Assembly: GCA_963792895.1 (NCBI GenBank)
Contig: CAWBYA010000002.1
Coordinates: forward strand, 2,583-66,582
Direction: 5' to 3'
Length of the DNA: 64,000 nt
Origin: an uncultured Acidimicrobiia bacterium
GTDB taxonomy: Bacteria; Actinomycetota; Acidimicrobiia; Spongiisociales; UBA5794
A program made the translations under genes and the position numbers. Every line of letters begins with the position of its first letter. Position 1 is the first letter of the stretch. Positions 51,027 to 60,941 of this stretch are shown here, piece by piece. The notes under the pieces are model-generated. The model saw nothing but the letters and a program-made list of their open reading frames with translations. It was not told the origin of the DNA and made no database searches.

Positions 51027-51313
51027 CTGTGCTCGACCGCGTCGTTGCGGAGCTGCGCACTGTGCAGGGGCCGATCAGGATTGACGAGCTGGCCCGGCGG
51101 CTGTCTGTTCAGCCTTCGGCTCTGCGCGGCATGATCGACGTGCTGGTGGCGAAGCAGGTAGTGACCGTCCCCGCCACGACCGGGACGGAGGCAGCGTTCG
51201 CGTGTGGCTCGTCGTGCGGCAGCTCGTGCACCGGCCTCGAGGCTTGCGCCTTTGTCGCCCATGTCGGGTTCGCCCGTCCCGTCGTCATTGCCCGCCTCGG
51301 CGGCTTCGACTAG
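51023..51313 (+). CDS. FeoC-like wHTH protein with Cys cluster
   Basis: IDELARRL..ALRGMIDVLVAK; CGSSCGSSCTGLEAC; GTGA overlap. Confidence 0.7.
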   Translation: MTVLDRVVAELRTVQGPIRIDELARRLSVQPSALRGMIDVLVAKQVVTVPATTGTEAAFACGSSCGSSCTGLEACAFVAHVGFARPVVIARLGGFD

Positions 51314-51406
51314 GGATTGCCCGGGCGGCAGGGGATCGACGGCCTTGCGCCGGACGAAGACGTGCCGTCCGCTCTGGACCCTCGGGCGGGCCGGGCAGGC
51401 CCGGCA

Positions 51407-53155
51407 TCACGGGTCGGCTCTCCCAGGGTCTCGCCCATCCGATGACCCTTCAAACGCCGTGGCCTCGCCGTGGTCGACATCAGGGAGGTCGCCCTCGTGC
51501 TCGGGCATTCCCGTTTCGTTGAGTGACGGGTCGTTCGGTGGTGGATCGCCGGCGATGGCGACGTCGCCCGCCGCACGTCCCCCGTCATGCGGGTTCGAAA
51601 CGGCGAGCCTGCTGTTGCTCGCCGCACCGAGGGATTCGCCGAGGGCCACTACGAGAGCCTCGGGCCCATCGAAGCGATCGGTTGGCAGAGCTGTCGTGGC
51701 ACGGGCGAGCACGGCGTCGAGCGTGCCCGGCTGCGCGGGTCGTGCGCTGCGCAGAGCTGCAGTCGGCGCGCCGGGTGTGGGCGTCGCGCCGGTGAGGACC
51801 AGCGCGGCCAGCGCCCCGAGCGCATACACGTCGGAGCGGACGGTGGGCGGATGGCCTGCGAGTTGCTCCGGCGATATGTAGGCAAGCGACGGGGTGTTGC
51901 TGCCTCGCTCGATACCGAGCAGCATCGCGGTGATGCCGAAGTCGACGTACGGGTGGCCCTCGTCATCGAGGAGGACGTTCTCCGGCGAGAGGTTGCCATG
52001 GACGACGCCGCAGCGATGGGCGTACGCAAGGGCGTCGCTGATGGTCTCGAGAAGGGCGATGCCATTTCCCGGCGGTGGCCGAGCGGTCCGGATTGCTCGA
52101 CCGAGGTTGCCGCCGCGCATGAAGGGCATCACGAGATATGCGGCATCGTGTTCGCGCCAGGAATCGAAGAGGGGCACGATGTTGGGATGCTCGAGGCCGG
52201 CGACCCTCCTGGCTCGCAGCTCGAAACCCTCTGCGAGGTCGCGTGGGCCTGCAGCCTTCAGGCGAATGACCTTGATCGCCACCTCGCGGCCGCTGCCCGG
52301 CTGGATGGCACGCCACACGACGCCGTACGCCCCCTTCCCCATCTGCTCGCGCAGCAGGTAGCCATGGAGAGAATCGGCCATGGGTCGTGTGGACGGATGC
52401 ACGACCTGCGGCGCCTGTGTCACGATGCCGAGCTCGATCTCCTGGACTTCGGCAGACGGCGCGATTCCCAGCTCCCGGGCAAGGTGCCGGCGGAGCTGTT
52501 GGTAGGCGCGCAATGCCTCGGCCTGTCGACCGCAGCGAGCCAGGGCGATCATGAACTGGCCCCACAACCGCTCGCGCATCGGGTACTCCAATGTGAGGGC
52601 CGCAAGCTCTCCCACGACGGCTGCATGGTCGCCCAACGCAAGCGAAGCCTCGACGCGGTCCTCGACGGCGCGCCGGCGGAGTTCTTCCAGCCGGATCGCC
52701 TCGAGCCGGGCAAACTCCTCATCGGCGATGTCCTCCAGCGCCGGGCCGCGCCACAGTGCCAGAGCAGCTCCGACCATCTCCCTGGCGCGTTCGGGATCCG
52801 TAGCGAGGATGGCTTGGGCGGCGGCGGCCATTCGCTGGAAGCGGACGGCGTCGATGTCGAGCGGGTCGGCCAAGAGTACGTAGCCCGGTGCCCGAGTCGC
52901 AATGACTCCTTCTTCCGAGGTCTCACGTTTCGGCTGGAGCGCACTGCGGAGCTTCCAGATGTGGAAGCGAAGCGACCTGATGCCGCTCTGCGGCTGGTCA
53001 TCGCCCCAGACGGCTTCGAGCAGGCGGTCGCTCGACACGATGCGGCCCGCATTGACGATGAGCACGGCGAGGATGACACGCTGCCGGGCCGACCGAATCT
53101 CCACGGGCCCGACGTCTGTCCGCACTTGTAGTGGGCCGAGGATCTCGAAGTCCAT
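51407..53155 (-). CDS. SARP(BTAD)-kinase protein, truncated paralog of 36815-42007
   Basis: MDFEILGPLQVR start nearly identical to the paralog; similarity ends at SNPH, where the paralog has RNPYKGL. Confidence 0.85.
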   Translation of the reverse strand: MDFEILGPLQVRTDVGPVEIRSARQRVILAVLIVNAGRIVSSDRLLEAVWGDDQPQSGIRSLRFHIWKLRSALQPKRETSEEGVIATRAPGYVLLADPLDIDAVRFQRMAAAAQAILATDPERAREMVGAALALWRGPALEDIADEEFARLEAIRLEELRRRAVEDRVEASLALGDHAAVVGELAALTLEYPMRERLWGQFMIALARCGRQAEALRAYQQLRRHLARELGIAPSAEVQEIELGIVTQAPQVVHPSTRPMADSLHGYLLREQMGKGAYGVVWRAIQPGSGREVAIKVIRLKAAGPRDLAEGFELRARRVAGLEHPNIVPLFDSWREHDAAYLVMPFMRGGNLGRAIRTARPPPGNGIALLETISDALAYAHRCGVVHGNLSPENVLLDDEGHPYVDFGITAMLLGIERGSNTPSLAYISPEQLAGHPPTVRSDVYALGALAALVLTGATPTPGAPTAALRSARPAQPGTLDAVLARATTALPTDRFDGPEALVVALGESLGAASNSRLAVSNPHDGGRAAGDVAIAGDPPPNDPSLNETGMPEHEGDLPDVDHGEATAFEGSSDGRDPGRADP

Positions 53156-53360
53156 GAGGACTCCCCCCTCCGGCCCATCTTCGGCCGGATCGCAAACGGG
53201 GCACCAGACCCAAACGTCCCGATATCCTCCCGGGTTGGTGTGGTTCTGAGGACGCCGGCCACATGACTGCCGCATGATGCGTATCGTCGGAGCAACGCAC
53301 GCCGGTGGGTGTCTCGCCGCCGACGAGCGGCCCAGGCGCCGGCCGAGAGGACAGAACGCA

Positions 53361-53657
53361 GTGCGGATCAGGTTTGAGCGTTCGGGAGGATTCACGGGCA
53401 TCTCGCGATCGGCCACGATCGAATCCAGCGAGCTCGCACAAGAGGACGGCGAGGAGCTCCGACGGCTCGTCGACGAGGCGCAGTTCTTCGAGCTCCCGGC
53501 GACGCCGCCGAGCAGCGTCGCCGACGCCTTCAGGTACACGATCACGATCGAGCGGGAAGACCGCAGTTGGACCGTCACGACATCGGATGCGACTGCCCCA
53601 GTCGAGGTGCGCCGCCTGATCGAATGGCTGAATCGCGCGGCACGCTCGACCCCATGA
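53361..53657 (+). CDS. Emfourin (protealysin inhibitor, M4in)
   Basis: RIRFERSGGFTG..FFELP..ADAFRYTITIE. Confidence 0.82.
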   Translation: MRIRFERSGGFTGISRSATIESSELAQEDGEELRRLVDEAQFFELPATPPSSVADAFRYTITIEREDRSWTVTTSDATAPVEVRRLIEWLNRAARSTP

Positions 53658-53672
53658 CTCGCTAGAGGAGGC

Positions 53673-54815
53673 ATGAACGCCATGGCCCACCGACCATCAC
53701 CGCTCCACTGCATCATCCCACCCTTCATGCTCGAGTCGATCCAAGCCCACGGCTCACCACCTCAGCGGGAGGCTGCGAGGACGAATCTGGCGGTGGGAGC
53801 AGAGATCCGTAGGCGGCGGGCCGCCGCCCCTGCGGAGGCCCCTCCCGAAGCTCAGGCGGCCGGCAAGGAACGCATCGTCTACTCGGCAAACAACGCAAGC
53901 GACCTGCCGGGGACTCCAGTTCGCTACGAGGGCGATGGTCCGTCAGGTGATGTTGCCGTTGACGAGGCATACGACGGTTCCGGGAGCACGTACGACCTCT
54001 TCAAGGATGTGTTCGGTCGTGACTCCATCGACGGCAACAACATGCGGCTCGACTCGACGGTCCACTATCAGGTCGGCTACGACAACGCCTTCTGGAACGG
54101 TGAGCAGATGGTGTACGGCGACGGCGACGAGGACCAGCCGGCCGAGCAGCGCCTCTTCAACCGTTTCACCGCCTCTCTCGACGTCATCGGCCACGAGCTC
54201 ACCCACGGCGTCACCCAATTCACGGCCGGCCTCGTCTACCTCAACCAGCCTGGGGCGCTCAACGAGCACTTCTCGGACGTGTTCGGGTCGCTCGTCCTGC
54301 AGCGCACACTCGGCCAAACCGCGGAAGCCGCCTCGTGGGTCATCGGGTCTGGCCTCTTCACCGAGAACGTCAACGGCGTTGGCATCCGGTCGATGAGGGC
54401 GCCTGGGACCGCCTACAACGATCCGGTGCTCGGCTCGGACCCGCAGCCGGGCCACATGGACGACTACGTGACGACCCTGGAGGACAACGGGGGTGTCCAC
54501 ATCAACTCGGGCATCCCAAACCGGGCCTTCTATGAAGTGGCCGCCGGTCTTGGCGGCTTTGCGTGGGAGCAGGCCGGGCCCATCTGGTACACCGCCCTGA
54601 CGGACGGCCGGCTCGGGTCGCAGGCATCGTTTCAGGAAGCGGCCAACCTGACCTTTGAGGTCGCCGGCGAGCTCTATGGGAGTGGCAGTGCCCAGCAGAC
54701 GGCCGTCGTCGGCGGCTGGAATGCGGTGGGAATCGATGCCGCCGCCTCCGTCGGACCGGTGCCCGGCGGATGCTTGCCGCTCGGTTCGGTGCTCGGTCGG
54801 TTCCGGCGTGGCTGA
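53673..54815 (+). CDS. Protealysin-like M4 metallopeptidase
   Basis: CIIPPFML propeptide motif, NAFWNG, HELTH, NEHFSD and GGVHINSG. Confidence 0.93.
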   Translation: MNAMAHRPSPLHCIIPPFMLESIQAHGSPPQREAARTNLAVGAEIRRRRAAAPAEAPPEAQAAGKERIVYSANNASDLPGTPVRYEGDGPSGDVAVDEAYDGSGSTYDLFKDVFGRDSIDGNNMRLDSTVHYQVGYDNAFWNGEQMVYGDGDEDQPAEQRLFNRFTASLDVIGHELTHGVTQFTAGLVYLNQPGALNEHFSDVFGSLVLQRTLGQTAEAASWVIGSGLFTENVNGVGIRSMRAPGTAYNDPVLGSDPQPGHMDDYVTTLEDNGGVHINSGIPNRAFYEVAAGLGGFAWEQAGPIWYTALTDGRLGSQASFQEAANLTFEVAGELYGSGSAQQTAVVGGWNAVGIDAAASVGPVPGGCLPLGSVLGRFRRG

Positions 54816-54919
54816 CGACGACAGCAGCACCGTCCATACACGCTGATGCCGCTCGCCGTACGTCCGCCTGAGGCTCTCAGTGCGTATGCTCGGATTCAAT
54901 CCGCGGCGAGGAACGCACC

Positions 54920-55921
54920 ATGACTCGATTCGGGATCTACCTCCAGGACGCCCACAGCATCGCCGAGTCGATCGAACATGCCCGCTACGCCGAGGCGAGC
55001 GGCTTCGATTCCGTGTGGCAGGCAGACTCCCGACTGGCCAGGGAGGCGACCGTGGCGATGGCAGCGCTGGCGGCCGCCACCGAGCACATCACCATCGGCA
55101 GCGGCGTCATAGATTGCTGGTCCCGCAACCCGGCTCGTCTCGCCACGTCGTTTGCGACGCTCGATGACTTGGCTCCCGGTCGGATCATCCTCGGTGTAGG
55201 GGCCTGGTGGGATCCGCTCGCTCGTAAGGTCGGCATCGACCGCGCCAAACCGTTGACGGTGATGCGTGAGGTCGTGTCGGTCGTACGCGATCTGCTCGCC
55301 GCCAAGACGGTCACCTTCCACGGCGAGTTCGTCGATTTCGACGGTGTCGAGCTCGACTACATCCACCAGCAGCGCACACCGAAGGACGTGCCCATCTACA
55401 TCGGGGCTACGGGGCCGAAGATGCTCGAGTTGACGGGTGAGATCGCAGACGGCGTCGTTCTCAACTACCTGGTCTCCCCCCAGTACAACAACGCAGCGAT
55501 GGAGCGGCTTGCCGCCGGCGCGGCTCGTGGCGGGCGGTCGATCGACGACCTCGATAGGCCCCAGCTCGTGGTCTGCTCGGTCGATCACGACAGGGATGCG
55601 GCTCTCGACGCCGCCCGAATGCTGGTCACGCAGTACCTCGGGCAGCAGCCCCACATCATGAAGGCGTCCGGCGTGCCGCAGGAGCTCCTCGACGACATCG
55701 CCCGCCACCTCACCTGGCCGGCAACCCACGAGCAGCTCATCGAAGCGGCGCAGCACGTGCCGGACGAGGTCGTCCAGCTCATCACCGCAGCCGGCACGCC
55801 GGATGAGTGTCGGGCCAAGGTCGCCGAGTACGTCGACGCCGGGTGCACGAGCCCGATTCTCTATCCGCTCGGCGCCGACGTTGAGCTGATGATCGACACG
55901 TTCGCCGATGGGATCCGGTGA
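54920..55921 (+). CDS. LLM-class flavin/F420-dependent oxidoreductase (Mer-like)
   Basis: [25 protein letters not shown] and [18 protein letters not shown]. Confidence 0.88.
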   Translation: MTRFGIYLQDAHSIAESIEHARYAEASGFDSVWQADSRLAREATVAMAALAAATEHITIGSGVIDCWSRNPARLATSFATLDDLAPGRIILGVGAWWDPLARKVGIDRAKPLTVMREVVSVVRDLLAAKTVTFHGEFVDFDGVELDYIHQQRTPKDVPIYIGATGPKMLELTGEIADGVVLNYLVSPQYNNAAMERLAAGAARGGRSIDDLDRPQLVVCSVDHDRDAALDAARMLVTQYLGQQPHIMKASGVPQELLDDIARHLTWPATHEQLIEAAQHVPDEVVQLITAAGTPDECRAKVAEYVDAGCTSPILYPLGADVELMIDTFADGIR

Positions 55922-56050
55922 GCCTGACGCCCTGCGTCCTTCCCTGACCGCTCCGCCTCGGACACCGGGACCGCTGCCGGCGAACTCTCGGCCATTGTGT
56001 ACCGTTTCGGTACGGCCGAGCCTTAAGGCTGGACATTCCCCAGACGCGAT

Positions 56051-56079
56051 CCGGGCCCCTGCAAGGAGCAGGGGCCCGG
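56051..56079. terminator. Hairpin between convergent genes
   Basis: CCGGGCCCCTGC-AAGGA-GCAGGGGCCCGG. Confidence 0.7.
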
Positions 56080-56106
56080 AAACTCGAATCGGTGTGTTGG
56101 TTGTGA

Positions 56107-56853
56107 TCAGTTGGTGGGGACGATCTCCTTGCGGGCGTCCAGCATCATCTCGGGGATGGTGTCCGGGACGACCTCGTCCTTGCTCCGGGTCGCCCACACG
56201 AGGCCGGCGCCCGAGAACAGGAAGGTCAAGCCGAGTCCTGCGAGCAGGCCGGCCAGCGCCAGACCCATCTGCAGGGTGGAGTGCGTCACGGTGCCGACGC
56301 CGAGCTCGGCGATGAGGCCGTGAGCGGTGCCGGACCATGCCTGGCCGCGAGCCGCACCCTCCAGCGGGTTCAGCCTGTCGAAGTCCGTCCAGTAGCCACC
56401 GAGGCCTGCTGCGACCCGCTCAGGGCTGCCGACCTCGTTGACGACGACTTCGTACTCGCCTGCGGGAATGACGTCATCGCCGAATGGGGTGTCTTCGGTC
56501 AAGACCACGGTTTGGGTGCCGTGCAGCACGTGGAAGCCGATCGTCGCCATCTGGTACATGTACTCGGAAGCCGTGTTGACCAGCGGATCGTTCGGGTCGA
56601 GGTCTGCCATGTTGACCGGGTAGCCCCAGTCATCGGTGAGCAGGGTCATGATCGCCTCGGCACCTTCTGTGGTGCCACGGTCGATCAACTGGCCGTCTTC
56701 GTTGTAGCTGAGAGTGACGTTCTGGGCCTCGCTGAAGGACTGCAGCGAGCCGTAGCCATCCTGCACCCTCGTGTACGCGACGCCACCGGCGACCACGAAT
56801 CCAAGTCCGATAATCGCCAGGACAACTCCGAGTGCTCGGAGGCGCTTTGCCAT
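56107..56853 (-). CDS. Hypothetical membrane protein (2 TM with extracytoplasmic loop)
   Basis: AAGGAG RBS; N- and C-terminal hydrophobic helices. Confidence 0.75.
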   Translation of the reverse strand: MAKRLRALGVVLAIIGLGFVVAGGVAYTRVQDGYGSLQSFSEAQNVTLSYNEDGQLIDRGTTEGAEAIMTLLTDDWGYPVNMADLDPNDPLVNTASEYMYQMATIGFHVLHGTQTVVLTEDTPFGDDVIPAGEYEVVVNEVGSPERVAAGLGGYWTDFDRLNPLEGAARGQAWSGTAHGLIAELGVGTVTHSTLQMGLALAGLLAGLGLTFLFSGAGLVWATRSKDEVVPDTIPEMMLDARKEIVPTN

Positions 56854-56889
56854 CAGATGCTCCTTACCTATCTGGGTGGACTTCTGTGT

Positions 56890-56907
56890 TTGTGAACGGA
56901 TTCACAA
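56890..56907. promoter_or_regulatory. Rex operator
   Basis: TTGTGAA-CGGA-TTCACAA, matching the Rex consensus TTGTGAA-N4-TTCACAA. Confidence 0.8.
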
Positions 56908-57204
56908 TCTGTAAAGGATGTTCTCGCCAATCGTCGATCGGCGATAGAGTCCAATGGTCCCTTCGCATCGAGTCCGTTTGGCCTTAAGTCGGGCTGCCTG
57001 CTGCCGTGCAGTCACGTATGCCGTCCCGCCTGGCCCCTCCTGACCCATCGATCATCCCCCTGCCAGGGCGCTTGTTGACTGGCGAAACGTGGCTTCGGTG
57101 ATCCTCTCGTGGGCGATCGTGCCCTTCTCGAGAGGCCGTTCACCGGTCGGAAGGGCCAAACGTCCCTACCGTCGATCGACGATTGGCGAGATCATCGTCA
57201 CAGT

Positions 57205-57222
57205 TTGTGAACTCGTTCACAA
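57205..57222. promoter_or_regulatory. Rex operator
   Basis: TTGTGAA-CTCG-TTCACAA. Confidence 0.8.
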
Positions 57223-57243
57223 AGAACCTGGAGAAGGCGTGTC

Positions 57244-57597
57244 ATGACGGCTGGACGGCCACCAGAGTGCTGTGAGGAGGGGCTTCCCCATCCGTCGCCG
57301 CTGAGCGACGAGCAGATTGCTCGGATCGCCAAGGGACTCGCGCATCCGGCGCGTATCCGCATTCTCGAGCAATTCGAGGAGTGCACGCCACACATCGTCC
57401 AGGACATCGTCGACGAGTGCGATCTCGCCCAATCGACGATCTCCGAACACCTTCGTATCCTTCGCGAAGCCGAGTTGTTGTTCGCTCGCAAGGACGGTCC
57501 GCGCACCTGGTACTGCATGCGCCGGTCGGTGTTGCGTCGCTTTGCCGCAGCCGTCGAGGGTCTCACGAGCGAGGCGACCGCAACACCCCTACGGTGA
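57244..57597 (+). CDS. ArsR/SmtB family regulator
   Basis: KGLAHPARIRIL..LAQSTISEHLRILREA..WYC; N-terminal CC. Confidence 0.9.
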   Translation: MTAGRPPECCEEGLPHPSPLSDEQIARIAKGLAHPARIRILEQFEECTPHIVQDIVDECDLAQSTISEHLRILREAELLFARKDGPRTWYCMRRSVLRRFAAAVEGLTSEATATPLR

Positions 57598-57677
57598 CCG
57601 ACGCACCGCGTTGGCCCGGCAACCTGCCGCCTCGGTGAGTAGCGTCAGCCGAACACGAGCCCTGCAGGGAGGTCGAC

Positions 57678-58250
57678 ATGGCACAGACCGTGGGAGGTCG
57701 TCTCGATGCGCTGGCCGGAGGCGACGTCAAGGGAATGTGGGCCTGGACGCTGCTTCGTCTCCTGCTTGGATGGTCGTTTCTCTGGGCCTTCCTCGACAAG
57801 TTCTTCGGACTGGGGTTCGCTACCTGCCGTCTGGAGGGAGGCGCCATCGACTTTGGCTGCGACGCAGCGATGATGAACGGCGGCTCGCCGACGTACGGGT
57901 TCCTGAACTTCGGCACGCAAGCGAGCCACACGGGTGGGCTCTTCGAATGGATGGCCCCTTCGGCGCCCGATGCGATCAACTTCGCCGACGTTCTCTTCAT
58001 GGCAGCGCTTCTCATCGGGGGCGTCGCACTCATGGTCGGCATCGGTGTCCGCATCGCCGCCATCGGTGGGGCGATCCTGATGGCATTCATGTTCTTGGCC
58101 GGCGACGTGTGGCCGCCGAACAACCCGGTGAACAGCAGCCACGTGATCGAGATGGCGGCCTTTCTCGGCATCGCCACCGTCGGCGGAGGGAAGCTCGCCC
58201 TTCAGGGATGGTTCACCGAGCGGTTTCCCGCGTTGGGTTGGGTGAAATAG
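57678..58250 (+). CDS. DoxX/DoxD-like membrane protein
   Basis: LRLLLGWSFLWAFLDKFFGLGF..GGSPTYGFL..NNPV. Confidence 0.82.
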   Translation: MAQTVGGRLDALAGGDVKGMWAWTLLRLLLGWSFLWAFLDKFFGLGFATCRLEGGAIDFGCDAAMMNGGSPTYGFLNFGTQASHTGGLFEWMAPSAPDAINFADVLFMAALLIGGVALMVGIGVRIAAIGGAILMAFMFLAGDVWPPNNPVNSSHVIEMAAFLGIATVGGGKLALQGWFTERFPALGWVK

Positions 58251-58317
58251 TCCTTCTCGTCTCCACGCATCTCCGCAGTCTCCGGGCGAGTACCCGGCGG
58301 CTGCTACAACTCAGCCC

Positions 58318-59124
58318 ATGAACGAGGCGCAATCCGGCAGAGTGCTGATCGTCACCGGTGCGACCGGCATCGCCGCCGCCGGTGCAAGGAAACACGCCGC
58401 CGCAGGGGGGCGAGTATTCGTCGTGAGCCGCACCGCGGAACATTGCCATGCCCTCGAAGCCGAGATCACCTCGAACGGCGGCGCCTGCGCATCTGCGGCC
58501 GCAGACCTTCGCGATGAGGCGGCCACGGTGCGTGCGTTCGACCGTGCGGCATCGCAGTGGGGGCGGATTGACGGGCTGTTCGCAGTGGCCGGTGGCAGCG
58601 GCAGGAGGTTTGGCGACGGGCCGCTCCACGAGACATCGCTCGACGGCTGGGCGGCAACGGTCACTCTCAACCTCCACCCCCCGTTCCTGGCCGCACGGGA
58701 GGCGCTGAGCGTCATGGTCGACCAGTCGCCCGACGCCACGGGCAGCCGCGGCGCGATCGTCATCGTGTCGAGCGTGCTCGCCGGCCACCCTTCGCCTCGC
58801 CTGTTTGCAACCCATGCGTACGCCGCTGCAAAGGCGGCCGAGAACGGTCTGGTCGTTGCAGCCGCCGCTCACTACGCACCACACGGCATCCGGATCAACG
58901 CCGTGGCGCCGGGTCTCACCGACACCCCGATGGCGGCTCGCGCCGCAGGCGATGCCGCGATCATGGCGTATGCAGCTACCAAACAACCGCTCGTTGGCGG
59001 GTTCGTGTCCCCCGGGGCGGTGGCCGTGGCGGGGCTTTTCCTCCTCTCGCCGGATGCCGCGGCGATCACGGGTCAGATCCTCGCCGTCGACGGCGGCTGG
59101 AGCGTCTCCGAGGGCATCGTCTGA
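58318..59124 (+). CDS. SDR family oxidoreductase
   Basis: VTGATGI, YAAAK, RINAVAPG and VDGG. Confidence 0.9.
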   Translation: MNEAQSGRVLIVTGATGIAAAGARKHAAAGGRVFVVSRTAEHCHALEAEITSNGGACASAAADLRDEAATVRAFDRAASQWGRIDGLFAVAGGSGRRFGDGPLHETSLDGWAATVTLNLHPPFLAAREALSVMVDQSPDATGSRGAIVIVSSVLAGHPSPRLFATHAYAAAKAAENGLVVAAAAHYAPHGIRINAVAPGLTDTPMAARAAGDAAIMAYAATKQPLVGGFVSPGAVAVAGLFLLSPDAAAITGQILAVDGGWSVSEGIV

Positions 59125-59138
59125 TCCTCGGTTGCCGA

Positions 59139-60053
59139 TCAGGTGGGGGCATCATGCGCCGCGAGCGCTGCGCCGACTGCCCCTGCCGCTGAGCCGAGCT
59201 CAGCGGGAACGATGCGAATCGCCTCCGCGGGGAGCAACGTGGCTCGACGTCGGGTCGCAGCCCGAATGGGTTCGAGGAACAAGTCACCCGCCGCTCCAAT
59301 GCCGCCGCCCACCACGATGCGCTCAGGGCCAACGACGGTGAACACGTTTGCGAGGGCGATGCCGAGATAGCCGGCCGCTGTGTCGACGGCGGCGATGCAA
59401 CGCTCCTCTCCGGCCCGCACCCCGTCGAACACGGCCGCGACATCGCGCTTGCCCGCCATGGCGGCCAACACGTCTGAGCGAGCCATCGCTTCGGCGCAAC
59501 CTGGGTTGCCGCACCCGCACGGCGGGCCGTCTGGGGCAACCGTCTGGTGGGCGATCTCCCCGGCGATCCCAGTGGCGCCGGTGTGGAGGTTGCCGTCGAT
59601 CATGATGCCGCCCCCGATGCCGGTGCCGAGGGTGAGGCAGGCGACGAGCGGGCTTCCCCGGCCGGCTCCGACCCTGCCCTCGGCGAGCGTGAAGGCTCTG
59701 GCGTCGTTGATGAGCGTGACCGGGCGATCGAGGGCCGTCTCCAACTCGGCACGCAGCGGCACCCCTCTCCATTGCCCGGGGAGGTTGGTGAAGAGCGTGA
59801 CCACCCCCGTCGCCGCATCGAACAGCCCGGGGGTGCCGAGACCCCATCGCCCGCCGGCCTCATGACGATCGGCGACGCTGCGGACCTCGGTCACCAGCCG
59901 GGCGATCACGGCGGTGTGCCCCTCGTGGCCGCGGCTGGGGAAGCTCCCCGAGGCGACGATGTGCAGAGCCGTGGGGTCGGCGTCGAGCTCCAGCACGACC
60001 CACTTGATGTTCGTGGCCCCGAGGTCGACGCCGAGGACGCGTGACGCGGTCAC
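59139..60053 (-). CDS. ROK family sugar kinase
   Basis: GVDLGAT, NDA, LGTGIGGG and EIAH..CGCGNPGCAE. Confidence 0.9.
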   Translation of the reverse strand: MTASRVLGVDLGATNIKWVVLELDADPTALHIVASGSFPSRGHEGHTAVIARLVTEVRSVADRHEAGGRWGLGTPGLFDAATGVVTLFTNLPGQWRGVPLRAELETALDRPVTLINDARAFTLAEGRVGAGRGSPLVACLTLGTGIGGGIMIDGNLHTGATGIAGEIAHQTVAPDGPPCGCGNPGCAEAMARSDVLAAMAGKRDVAAVFDGVRAGEERCIAAVDTAAGYLGIALANVFTVVGPERIVVGGGIGAAGDLFLEPIRAATRRRATLLPAEAIRIVPAELGSAAGAVGAALAAHDAPT

Positions 60054-60778
60054 TCGAGCGCCTCGGTCGAGTTGCGGCGCAGCACCGCTTCGAACTCGTA
60101 CCTCTCCGCCGCATACCGGGTCTCGGTGTGCTCGAGTGGCATACCGGTCTGGTCCTCGATGATGCGGCGCTCGCACAGCACCACCCCCGTCCGCGGCAGC
60201 TCGAGGTAGCGGGCCTCGCGGGGCGTGACGAGTCGAGCGCTCACCGTGGCGAGAGCTCGCATCGGGACGTGCCCGAGCTGCTCGAACACGTCGTGCAGCG
60301 ATAGGAACGTCGTTTCGTCCGGTAACGCAGACGCAACCTCTGGATGGATCACAGCCCGCTCGATCGCCATCGGAACGCCGTCGGCGAGCCGCAGCCGCTC
60401 GAGCACCACCACCGTCGCGGCGGCGGTGATGCGTAGCGCCACCACATCCTCCGAGCTCGGCACCTCGAGAGTTCGCATCAGCACACGCGACGTTGCAGTG
60501 AGGCCGCGGCGGCGCATGCTCTCGGTGAACGACAGCGGGGAGCCCAGCAGGCGGGGGACCCGCCGCGCCGCCACGAAGGTTCCCTGACCCCTCCGGCGGA
60601 CCACCAGGCTCTCGTTGGCGAGGACTGCGACGGCGTGGCGAGCCGTCATCCGGCTGACCGAGAACTGCTCGCACAACTCGGCGTCAGACGGCAGGCGGTC
60701 ACCAGGCTCGGCCGCAGCGACGAGCGCCCGCAGGTGCTGTGCGATCTGCTCGTACCGGGGGAGCGATGGTGTCGTCAC
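60050..60778 (-). CDS. GntR/HutC (UTRA) family regulator
   Basis: LPSDAEL..FSVSRMTAR..RRRGQGTFV..SFTE..RLRLADG. Confidence 0.9.
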   Translation of the reverse strand: MTTPSLPRYEQIAQHLRALVAAAEPGDRLPSDAELCEQFSVSRMTARHAVAVLANESLVVRRRGQGTFVAARRVPRLLGSPLSFTESMRRRGLTATSRVLMRTLEVPSSEDVVALRITAAATVVVLERLRLADGVPMAIERAVIHPEVASALPDETTFLSLHDVFEQLGHVPMRALATVSARLVTPREARYLELPRTGVVLCERRIIEDQTGMPLEHTETRYAAERYEFEAVLRRNSTEALE

Positions 60779-60832
60779 GGAAGAAGGGATCGTCGCATGG
60801 TGACGCCCGGCGGGGCCGAACGAGCGGGTAGC

Positions 60833-60844
60833 ATGTCTATACAT
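60833..60844. promoter_or_regulatory. Probable HutC-type operator
   Basis: ATGTCTATACAT (GT-N-TA-N-AC) between divergent gntR and SIS genes. Confidence 0.55.
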
Positions 60845-60941
60845 TTCCCTGCACGACTCATGAGTGACAGGCTGGCGCGATGACGTCACGATCGCAACAC
60901 ATGCTCCGAGTTGCGCCGCGAAGCAGCGGAGGACCATCGAT

